Sequence record: SRR22947725_1116
Reading direction: 5' to 3' (one strand)
DNA length: 48,897 nt
This document shows positions 1-7,633 of this stretch, in pieces. Position numbers and translations under genes: made by a program. The notes below the pieces were generated by a model. That model did no database searches and was not told the origin of the DNA. It saw only the letters and a list, made by a program, of their open reading frames with translations. Position 1 is the first letter of the stretch; each line of letters begins with the position of its first letter.

Positions 1-222
1 AGTTTGATGAGGTCCTCTCCTGTTGGTCAGTGGGCGGGAGCCCGGAATTACATTTTGAGAGTATTTGTAAAGGATGTGATAGATTATCAAGACTTCCTAA
101 AGAGAGTTCTAAAGGCAGACATCGGCATGAGGCGTTATTTCAGTTATGCGGTATTAGATACAATCAAGCACACTAATATGATCTCTGAGACCTTAATCAA
201 AAGATCTGATCTAGCAAAATAA
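1..222 (+). pseudogene. Lrp/AsnC-family regulator (DoeX-like), C-terminal part, with an apparent +1 frameshift near nt 41-43 (pseudogene or sequence error); 5' end outside window
   Basis: The frame from nt 3 reads FDEVLSCWSVGGS; the frame from nt 4 continues RNYILRVFVKDVIDYQDFLKRVLKADIGMRRYFSYAVLDTIK. Joined, they match the AsnC ligand-binding domain pattern (EV..CW.VGG..DY.L.V...D...YQ......L..DIG..RYF.Y). It lies next to doeA. Confidence 0.7.
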
Positions 223-232
223 GCTGAAAAAG

Positions 233-1411
233 CTATTTAACTAATAACTTTCTTGGGACAGCCGATAAACATTCTCCGCCTTTACTTCCAACACGAATAC
301 TTTCAGTCATCTCAAAACCCCAGTCATCGAACCAGATTGCTGGCATAAAATGAAAAGTCATATTTTCTTCAAGTACAGTTTGATCATTTCCGCGAAGACT
401 CATCGTGCGCTCACCCCAGTCTGGCGGGTAACTACAGCCGATGGGATATCCACATCGATTATTCTTTTCATAGCCATATTTTTTTAGCGTTGCAGTAAAG
501 TTATCTGATATTTGTGCACAAGTATTACCTGGCCTAAACATTCCAATCGCATTCTCAATGCACTCATTAATCACTTTTTCAATATCAAGGTATTGTTGCG
601 GAGGTGTTCCTAGAAATAAGGTTCTTGAGCAGGGACAGTGATACCTCGCATAGGCAGCTCCAAGCTCTAAGAACATGCCTTCGTTATTTTTTAGTGGCTC
701 ATCATTCCAAGTCATGTGACATGCAGCAGCTTCTTCACCTGCACCAATCAATGGCACAAAAGAGGCGTAGTCACCATAGTGACCCTGATGACCCTTGACT
801 CCAGCATGATAGATTTCAGCTACCAAATCATTTTTTCTCATCCCCGGTTCTGCGACCTGCATAACTCTATCGTAAACCCCTTCAATGACCTTACCAGCCC
901 TTTTCATGTAGGTAATTTCAGTTTCAGATTTAACGGCTCTTTGCCAGTTAACAAGACCCGTATGATCGCTAAATGTTGCATCCTGAAGTGAGCTATATAA
1001 AGATTCAGCAGCTCTGGCTGAGAAATAATAATTATCTTTCTCTAAGCCAATTCTTTTATTGGAGAATCCCTTTTCTTTGAGAATTCCAGCAAGATGCTCC
1101 ATAGGATGTTTCTCAGGGGTCATCACGAAGTCGTCAGGATAAGAGAGAATATTTTTTAATTCTAGATCTGTAGTGAGTTCAGCGCCCTTTGCGTCAATCC
1201 CTCTACCATACCAAAAAAGATCACCATCTGTTGAAATAACAACACACTGATGAACATAGAATGACCATCCATCATAGCCTGTCAGCCAGAACATGTTGGC
1301 AGGATCATAAACTATGAGAGCATCAACATTTGAGGCATTCATAGATTGCCGAACTTTTAATTGTCTTGCTAGATACTCCTCCTTGCTAAATCTCCTTCTC
1401 TCTTTCTTCAT
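233..1411 (-). CDS. doeA: Ectoine hydrolase DoeA/EutD (M24 peptidase family)
   Basis: Motifs NMFWLTGYDGWSFYVHQCV, DNYYFSA, LVNWQRAVKS, RCGYPIGCSYPPDWGERTMSLR and MTFHFMP are characteristic of DoeA; GGAGGG SD upstream. Confidence 0.88.
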   Translation of the reverse strand: MKKERRRFSKEEYLARQLKVRQSMNASNVDALIVYDPANMFWLTGYDGWSFYVHQCVVISTDGDLFWYGRGIDAKGAELTTDLELKNILSYPDDFVMTPEKHPMEHLAGILKEKGFSNKRIGLEKDNYYFSARAAESLYSSLQDATFSDHTGLVNWQRAVKSETEITYMKRAGKVIEGVYDRVMQVAEPGMRKNDLVAEIYHAGVKGHQGHYGDYASFVPLIGAGEEAAACHMTWNDEPLKNNEGMFLELGAAYARYHCPCSRTLFLGTPPQQYLDIEKVINECIENAIGMFRPGNTCAQISDNFTATLKKYGYEKNNRCGYPIGCSYPPDWGERTMSLRGNDQTVLEENMTFHFMPAIWFDDWGFEMTESIRVGSKGGECLSAVPRKLLVK

Positions 1412-1422
1412 GACCCCTCCCT

Positions 1423-2616
1423 TTAAGATATATGTGTAAATGCTTGCTTCAAATCATCTATTAGATCCTCAACATCTTCAATTCCTGTGGAATACCTTAC
1501 TAGACCTTCAGGAATTCCTGCAGCCTTTCTCTCTTCAGCACTGCACTCCACATGACTTGTCGTCAAAGGAGGGCCGACTACGGTCTCAACACAACCTAAA
1601 TTCGCAGCCATATGGGCATATTTGAGTTTAGGTAGAAATTTTTTGATTGACTCCAGACCCCCTTTGACAGAAAAACTAAGCATCCCACCATAGCCACCAT
1701 TCATTTGAACTTTCGCAATCTGATGGCCAGGATGAGACTCTAATCCTGGGTAGTTTACCTGCTCAACTAGTGGATGGTTTTCAAGGAAATTTGCAATTTT
1801 GAGAGCGCTCTCATTCTGCCTTTCAACGCGAAGCTTTAAAGTTTTCATACCCCTTAAAAGGCTATAGGCATCCATGGGTGCAAGCGTTGCACCATTGATT
1901 TCACGGTAGTGATAAACCTTCTTTACTAAATCTTTGTTGCCACATATAACGCCTCCAAGGGCGTCAGCATGACCGCCAAGATACTTAGATGCAGAGTGAA
2001 GCGTGATGTCGGCTCCAAGCAGTAAAGGGTTCTGATTAATAGGGGTAGCAAATGTATTGTCAACAACGACAAGTGCCCCCACTTTTTTGGCCGCTGCGCT
2101 CAGTCTTTTAATGTCCGTTATTTTTATGGTGGGGTTTGTTGGTGTTTCCAGATATAGCAAGGAACAACCTTTAGCTATTTCTGCTTCTATTTGATCATAG
2201 TCGCCTGTTTCGCATAGGCTTACAATAATATTAAGTGGGGGTAAGAACTCATTAAAGATAACATTAGTGCCTCCATAGCTGTCCTTGATAGAAACAACTC
2301 GGTCTCCTGGCTTTAAAAAGGTGGCCAGCGTATTACTAATGGCGGCCATGCCAGAGGCAAAGCTGGTAGCAGCCTGGGCACTCTCTAACTCCTTTACCTT
2401 GTCCTCAAAAGCACGAACAGTTGGATTCGTATTTCTAGAGTAAATATGCCCTTCAGCCTCCTCTAGGGCGACTTTGTGCCATGTATCAATATCTTTATAA
2501 GCAAACGAAACGCTGTGAACAACGGGCACCTGAGTAGAGCGCTCATAAAGCTCATGCTCCTGCTCACCGCTCCAGATACTTTGAGTAGACTTTCCAATTT
2601 GTTTTTTATCAAGCAT
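1423..2616 (-). CDS. Cystathionine gamma-synthase/lyase family PLP enzyme (Cys/Met metabolism fold)
   Basis: YSRNTNPT, SGMAAI, ETPTNP, VDNTFATP, HSASKYLGGH (PLP lysine), ANLG, RYSTGIE. Start moved to the ATG at 2616 (AAAGGA SD ~6 nt upstream); the ORF track starts at 2637. Confidence 0.9.
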   Translation of the reverse strand: MLDKKQIGKSTQSIWSGEQEHELYERSTQVPVVHSVSFAYKDIDTWHKVALEEAEGHIYSRNTNPTVRAFEDKVKELESAQAATSFASGMAAISNTLATFLKPGDRVVSIKDSYGGTNVIFNEFLPPLNIIVSLCETGDYDQIEAEIAKGCSLLYLETPTNPTIKITDIKRLSAAAKKVGALVVVDNTFATPINQNPLLLGADITLHSASKYLGGHADALGGVICGNKDLVKKVYHYREINGATLAPMDAYSLLRGMKTLKLRVERQNESALKIANFLENHPLVEQVNYPGLESHPGHQIAKVQMNGGYGGMLSFSVKGGLESIKKFLPKLKYAHMAANLGCVETVVGPPLTTSHVECSAEERKAAGIPEGLVRYSTGIEDVEDLIDDLKQAFTHIS

Positions 2617-2711
2617 GGCCATTCCTTTAAATTGCATTGAGTTTAAATAAAAATATATTTTTATTCTATTTTCAAGGCAGCGCTTTAAAAGCCTTTATCT
2701 TGATAAATTTG

Positions 2712-2741
2712 ATTATACATCGAGATCGAATCGTTTGACAA
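2712..2741 (-). promoter_or_regulatory. Putative sigma70 promoter for the PLP enzyme-doeA operon
   Basis: Minus strand TTGTCA (2741-2736), 18-nt spacer, TATAAT (2717-2712). Confidence 0.45.
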
Positions 2742-2746
2742 TCATC

Positions 2747-2762
2747 AAAATGTCGACAGTTA
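2747..2762. promoter_or_regulatory. Candidate GntR/CsiR-type operator AAAATGTCGACAGTTA
   Basis: 14/16 identical to the core of the perfect palindrome between csiD and csiR; located in a divergent intergenic region. Confidence 0.5.
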
Positions 2763-2832
2763 AAAAAAACATCATTAAATATTTTTTTCTGATATATTGC
2801 GATTTATTTATGCATCATCACATTTATATTCC

Positions 2833-3780
2833 ATGAGCATCTCTTCGTCAGATTACAGTAATGCAAATGATTCTGGAGTTTTAAAATCCAACTTCATCTG
2901 TGTTCTTTCAATAATCTTTTATGCCATGGGGTTTCCTGCTGCAGAGTACTTATTGGATGACTGGGACGTGGTAAGCATTATTGCAGCCCGAAATACATCA
3001 GCATTTGTTTTAATATTTTTTATTTGGATTTTATATGAGGGGTTTCAAGAAGTAAGAGTTGCTAAATGGATTAAGGGCTTTTGGATTGGCGCTATTGGTT
3101 TTGGAGTAGGTTCTTTTTTTGTACTTTTACTACAGTCATTAACCACTCCTGTCATTGCGGCACTGATGGTTGCAACTATGCCAGTTGCAGCAGTCACTTT
3201 AGAGATATTTTTAGATGGAAGAAAGATGACGAAATGGTTTTTATTTGGAGTAGTTTTGGTTTTGATAGGGGGGTTCATTGCATCTGGTGCAAATTTAAAA
3301 AGTGATAATATCGGTTTTGCTTCATTTCTTGGAATTACTGGAGTAGGATTATTTGCATGGGGCTCCAGAGCAACTGTTAAAAATCTTCCGGGAATGTCTC
3401 TTCTTGGTCAAGTTGCTGTAACTACTTCAGGCATGGTTGGCTCAGCAATCTTAGTATATTTTATAAGTAGAATTTTTTTTGATATCACTGAATCTCCATC
3501 TCAAATAACATATGAACACTTGGGACTTCTGCTTATCTATGCGTGTCTTGCCATAGGAATTTCTCAAATCTTATGGCTTAAGAGTGTTGCCCATCTTGGA
3601 ATTGGATTGTCATCATTTCATCTAAATGCAGCTCCATTTTATGTAATGTTAATGCTTTTTCTTCTTGGTAAAAATTGGGTTTGGCATCAGGCTTTGGGCG
3701 CAGTTATTGTTATTATTGGAGTAATAATAGCCCAGAGAAAATCAATAAATAACAAAGCTGAATTTTTAGAATTACCTTAA
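2833..3780 (+). CDS. DMT/EamA family transporter
   Basis: About 10 hydrophobic helices in two EamA-like repeats. ATG at 2833 preferred over TTG at 2797. Confidence 0.85.
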   Translation: MSISSSDYSNANDSGVLKSNFICVLSIIFYAMGFPAAEYLLDDWDVVSIIAARNTSAFVLIFFIWILYEGFQEVRVAKWIKGFWIGAIGFGVGSFFVLLLQSLTTPVIAALMVATMPVAAVTLEIFLDGRKMTKWFLFGVVLVLIGGFIASGANLKSDNIGFASFLGITGVGLFAWGSRATVKNLPGMSLLGQVAVTTSGMVGSAILVYFISRIFFDITESPSQITYEHLGLLLIYACLAIGISQILWLKSVAHLGIGLSSFHLNAAPFYVMLMLFLLGKNWVWHQALGAVIVIIGVIIAQRKSINNKAEFLELP

Positions 3781-4566
3781 TTCTGCAAGAATTGCCCTAT
3801 CAACCTTATTGAGATCAGTAAATGTTCTAACACTTTTAAAAGATTCTTTCATTAAATCTACAATTCGATCTTTCTGATCATAGCCATGCTCTAATAGCAG
3901 AAGGCCGCCTGTATTGAGGTATTGAGGCGATTGTGAAATGATTAACCTAATATCCTCAAGCCCATCATTACCAGATACGAGCGCCTCCATTGGCTCGAAA
4001 CGAAGGTCTTTTAGATGAGGGTCTTTTTTGCTGATATAGGGTGGGTTACTTACAATGAAGTCAAACTTTTTCTTGGGTAAGGGCTCAAACCAACTTCCGC
4101 AATAAAAATCAATTGGGCTCTTAGCATTCAATTTAGCAACAGACAATGCTTCAGAAGATTGATCACAAGCTGAAACCTCCCATTTGGGACGATGATTTGA
4201 CAACGTTATGGCAATAATTCCACTACCAGTTCCCAAGTCTAATACTTTTATTTTTTTTTCTGAATCTAGATTATCAATTGCAATATCAATTAGTAGTTCT
4301 GTTTCAGGTCTGGGTATAAGTGTTGAAGGAGATACCAAAAATTCATTATCATAGAAGCCTTGAGAGCCTTTGATATAAGCAAATGGTTTGCCATCCTTCC
4401 TCTGATCAACAAGACTTAAAAACTTTATAAATTCAGAGCTATTGATTTCATAGTCTAGGTTAGCAAATAACTGCTCTTGAGTTTTGTTAATCGCTAGGCC
4501 TAATAGTTTTGATGCATCTTCGACATCTTCTCTTAAAAGCTTTTTAATCAATCTTTCAGAGTTCAT
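3772..4566 (-). CDS. prmC: Release factor glutamine methyltransferase PrmC/HemK
   Basis: LIPRPETE, LDLGTGSG, SNPPY, LEHGYDQ. Confidence 0.96.
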   Translation of the reverse strand: MNSERLIKKLLREDVEDASKLLGLAINKTQEQLFANLDYEINSSEFIKFLSLVDQRKDGKPFAYIKGSQGFYDNEFLVSPSTLIPRPETELLIDIAIDNLDSEKKIKVLDLGTGSGIIAITLSNHRPKWEVSACDQSSEALSVAKLNAKSPIDFYCGSWFEPLPKKKFDFIVSNPPYISKKDPHLKDLRFEPMEALVSGNDGLEDIRLIISQSPQYLNTGGLLLLEHGYDQKDRIVDLMKESFKSVRTFTDLNKVDRAILAELR

Positions 4567-4685
4567 TTGTATTAATTTATTGAATATTTGCTCTTTTAAT
4601 ATTATATCTTCAATCGAGTTTTTAGAATTATTTAATGAACTATGGGATGATAGTCCTCATAGCATTATTGAGATAAATAAGTGAC

Positions 4686-5141
4686 ATGTTGAACTTAGTC
4701 TTATTTGAACCAGAAATACCTAACAATACTGGCAGTCTTATTAGATTATCTGCCAATATGGGCGCTAATCTACACCTTATAAAGCCTTATGGATTTGAAA
4801 TTACTGATAAACGATTAAGACGCGCTGGTCTTGATTATAAAGAATTAGCAAATGTCTATGAGTATGAAAATTTTGATGATTATCTGGATAAAGCCGCGCC
4901 ATCAAAAATCTACATAGTTAGTACTAAAGTAAAGACTAGCTATGCTGATGTTAAATACTTTAGGGAAGATTCCTTTCTCTTTGGATCTGAGACTAAAGGA
5001 CTCCCAAAAGAAATCATGGATGAATATGATGGCATTACACTTCCAATGCAAAAAGGATCAAGGAGCTTAAATCTTGCTAATTGTGTATCAATAGTTGCTT
5101 ATGAAGCTTGGCGACAGCTTGGTTTTTCTATTTCTAAATAA
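4686..5141 (+). CDS. trmL: tRNA (cytidine(34)-2'-O)-methyltransferase TrmL
   Basis: PEIPNNTG, RRAGLDY, FGSETKGLP, RSLNLAN, YEAWRQ. Confidence 0.95.
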   Translation: MLNLVLFEPEIPNNTGSLIRLSANMGANLHLIKPYGFEITDKRLRRAGLDYKELANVYEYENFDDYLDKAAPSKIYIVSTKVKTSYADVKYFREDSFLFGSETKGLPKEIMDEYDGITLPMQKGSRSLNLANCVSIVAYEAWRQLGFSISK

Positions 5142-5157
5142 GAATAATTTAGTTGAG

Positions 5158-5168
5158 TGATAAGCATT
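5158..5168 (+). repeat. Left copy of 11-bp direct repeat TGATAAGCATT (other copy 17750-17760)
   Basis: Exact match at both ends of the trmL-fmt insert; the adjacent TTAGTTGA is also shared (5149-5156 and 17745-17752). Confidence 0.5.
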
Positions 5169-5275
5169 TATATTAGTTATATTATTAATTATTTTTCTAT
5201 TACTATTAAATATTCAAAGAACAAAAAATTATTTTTTGGTAATAACTAATTGTAAAAATCACTTACAATTTCAAA

Positions 5276-7282
5276 ATGAAAAATATTCCTGAATTTACTG
5301 AAGCCATTGAAGAGTGGACACATTTCTTTATCCCACTTGCTGATGGCATAAAACTTGCAGCACGTGCTTGGCTTCCAATCAATGCCATTGAGCAACCAGT
5401 GCCAGCTATTTTAGAATATATTCCCTATCGAAAACGAGATGGTACAGCTATTCGAGATGAGCAAATGCACCCGTATTGGGCTGCTTTTGGTTATGCATGT
5501 GTAAGAGTAGATATTCGTGGAAGTGGTGAATCTGATGGCTTGTTACTTGATGAATATTTACAACAAGAGTTAGATGATGCTGTTGAAGTAATTGGCTGGC
5601 TTGAAAATCAAGATTGGTGTAGTGGCAAGGTTGGCATGATGGGAAAATCTTGGGGTGGTTTTAACTGCTTACAGGTCGCAGCTTTGAGGCCATCAGCATT
5701 AAAGGCAATCATAACTGTTTGTTCCACAGATGACAGGTATGCAGATGATATTCATTACCGTGGAGGAGCTTTATTAATAGAAAATTTTAGCTGGGCTTCA
5801 ACAATCTCTGGTTATATGGCAAAATCCCCAGATCCATTATTACTGCCTGAGACATGGCGTGAGCATTGGCTAGAACGATTGCAAAACATGCCATTCTTTG
5901 CAAAAAATTGGCTAGAACATACCTACAAAGATGCATATTGGAGACATGGTTCCATTAATGAAGATTACTCTGCAATTGAGGCTGCAGTATATTGTGTGGG
6001 TGGTTGGGGTGATGCCTATTCAGTTGCGATTCCACGAATGATTCAAGGTTTAACTAGCCCAAAAAAAGCACTCATTGGCCCTTGGGCTCATAAATATCCA
6101 AATTTTGCATCTCCTAAACCAGAGATGGATTTTTTAGCTGAGGCTAAACGCTGGTGGGATTATTGGCTGAAGGATGTCAACAATGGCATTATGGATGAAG
6201 CAGTTATTGCGGCCTATATTCAAGACTCTGTTCCACCTCAAGCGAGCTATGAAGAAAGACCGGGACTCTGGGTAGAGGGAAATCAGTGGCCAATTCAAAG
6301 TGAAACAATTAACTTTAATCTAAGTTCTACCGGCCAACTAACTGATGTCAAAACAAAGGGTACAGTTTCTGTACAAAGTCCTCTAACTACTGGTTCAGCA
6401 AGTGGCGAATATTGTGTAATTTGGTGTGGACCTGATTTTCCAACAGATCAACGCCAAGATGATATTAATAGCATATGCTTTGATACAGAATCACTTGAAA
6501 ATCCCATTTCTATACTGGGAGCTAGTGAATTAAAGTTAGCTATCACAAGTGATCAGGATTGTGGTCAAGTAGTTGTTCGCCTTTGTGATGTTTCTCCCAG
6601 TGGAAGTAGTAAAAGAATTAGTTATGGTGTTCTCAATCTTGGTATGCGAAATGGTTTAGATTGTCCAAAGATAGTAGTGCCTGGTGAAGTAATGGATGTT
6701 TCCATTAAATTCGATGATACAGGTTATGAAATTCCTGCTGGACACAAACTTCGTTTAGCAGTTTCAACTGCTTATTTCCCCTTAATTTGGCCTGCACCAA
6801 AAAAGGCAAAGTTGACGTTAGATCTAGCATTTTCATATTTAACTGTTCCTTGTCATGATCGAACTGAAACTTTACTTCGAGATTTAGGTCAGGGGTATGT
6901 TTGTCCAGTTAAAAAAACAAAAAAAATAAGGCCAGAAAAGCATGACCGTTTAGTCCAAATAGATGCAAGAGATGGTCTTGTTACTACGAAAATTAATGAT
7001 GATTTTGGTAAGTATACATTCTTGGAGCACAATTTGACTGTTGGTGAATCCTGTAAAGAGATACACAGTATATTGCCTGATGATCCATGCTCAGCTATGA
7101 GTGATTGCAGTTGGCATGCTCAGCAATCTCGACCTGGTTGGAATGTTGATATTTATAGTGAGCTCAAGGTAACTTGTGATGAAGAGTATTTCTATTTGAA
7201 TCGAATTATCAAGGCCATAGAAAATGGTGTTCAAGTTCATCAATCTGAATCGCAAGAAAAGCTACCAAGGGGTTTTTCTTGA
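5276..7282 (+). CDS. CocE/NonD family serine hydrolase (peptidase S15/PepX-like), paralog 1
   Basis: LEYIPYRKRD, RVDIRGSGESDG, nucleophile GKSWGG, GGWGDAY, GPWAHKYP, C-terminal PepX_C-like domain; no signal peptide. Confidence 0.92.
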   Translation: MKNIPEFTEAIEEWTHFFIPLADGIKLAARAWLPINAIEQPVPAILEYIPYRKRDGTAIRDEQMHPYWAAFGYACVRVDIRGSGESDGLLLDEYLQQELDDAVEVIGWLENQDWCSGKVGMMGKSWGGFNCLQVAALRPSALKAIITVCSTDDRYADDIHYRGGALLIENFSWASTISGYMAKSPDPLLLPETWREHWLERLQNMPFFAKNWLEHTYKDAYWRHGSINEDYSAIEAAVYCVGGWGDAYSVAIPRMIQGLTSPKKALIGPWAHKYPNFASPKPEMDFLAEAKRWWDYWLKDVNNGIMDEAVIAAYIQDSVPPQASYEERPGLWVEGNQWPIQSETINFNLSSTGQLTDVKTKGTVSVQSPLTTGSASGEYCVIWCGPDFPTDQRQDDINSICFDTESLENPISILGASELKLAITSDQDCGQVVVRLCDVSPSGSSKRISYGVLNLGMRNGLDCPKIVVPGEVMDVSIKFDDTGYEIPAGHKLRLAVSTAYFPLIWPAPKKAKLTLDLAFSYLTVPCHDRTETLLRDLGQGYVCPVKKTKKIRPEKHDRLVQIDARDGLVTTKINDDFGKYTFLEHNLTVGESCKEIHSILPDDPCSAMSDCSWHAQQSRPGWNVDIYSELKVTCDEEYFYLNRIIKAIENGVQVHQSESQEKLPRGFS

Positions 7283-7368
7283 GTGAGTCAAATTTTTAAA
7301 TACTGGCAAACTTAAATAATATAATTCTTTAGGATTAGTAGTATAGTTCTAATAGATAAAACTAGAAG

Positions 7369-7517
7369 ATGAATAAAGAAAAAGAGATCGAAAGTTTTCG
7401 AAGTTTTGAGCACGTCTGGATTGATATGCCTGATGGCGTTCGACTAAAGCATCATGGGATAATCAAATCGTGAAGACTCGTAAATGGAATCTCAACATCC
7501 CCAGAAAATATACATAG
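7369..7517 (+). pseudogene. Internally deleted remnant of a third CocE/NonD hydrolase (not in the ORF track)
   Basis: ATG 7369 gives MNKEKEIESFRSFEHVWIDMPDGVRL (family N-terminus). From 7446, another frame gives KASWDNQIVKTRKWNLNIPRKYT* (family C-terminus, same length as KAIENGVQVHQSESQEKLPRGFS* of paralog 1). Confidence 0.8.
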
Positions 7518-7544
7518 GCGAATCTGCTTATTTTCATCATAAAG

Positions 7545-7573
7545 TGCGTCATTCTCTTCGCAATTGCGAAATT
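7545..7573 (+). promoter_or_regulatory. Candidate operator upstream of the M81 gene, containing palindrome TTCGCAATTGCGAA (7557-7570)
   Basis: Perfect 14-bp palindrome; the 29-mer is 20/29 identical, ungapped, to 9177-9205. Confidence 0.5.
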
Positions 7574-7633
7574 GAAAAATCAAATTTGATACTGTAGTAT
7601 ATCTTTTTCACACAATATGAATAGAATTTGATT

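Noticed and set aside
2617-2832. SAM or other riboswitch ahead of the Cys/Met-family gene
   Set aside because: The region is AT-rich with no recognisable aptamer helices by eye; an Rfam/Infernal scan would be needed to exclude it fully.
5276-7282. Cocaine esterase or X-Pro dipeptidyl peptidase as a specific function
   Set aside because: Only family-level motifs are visible; the substrate cannot be read from the sequence.
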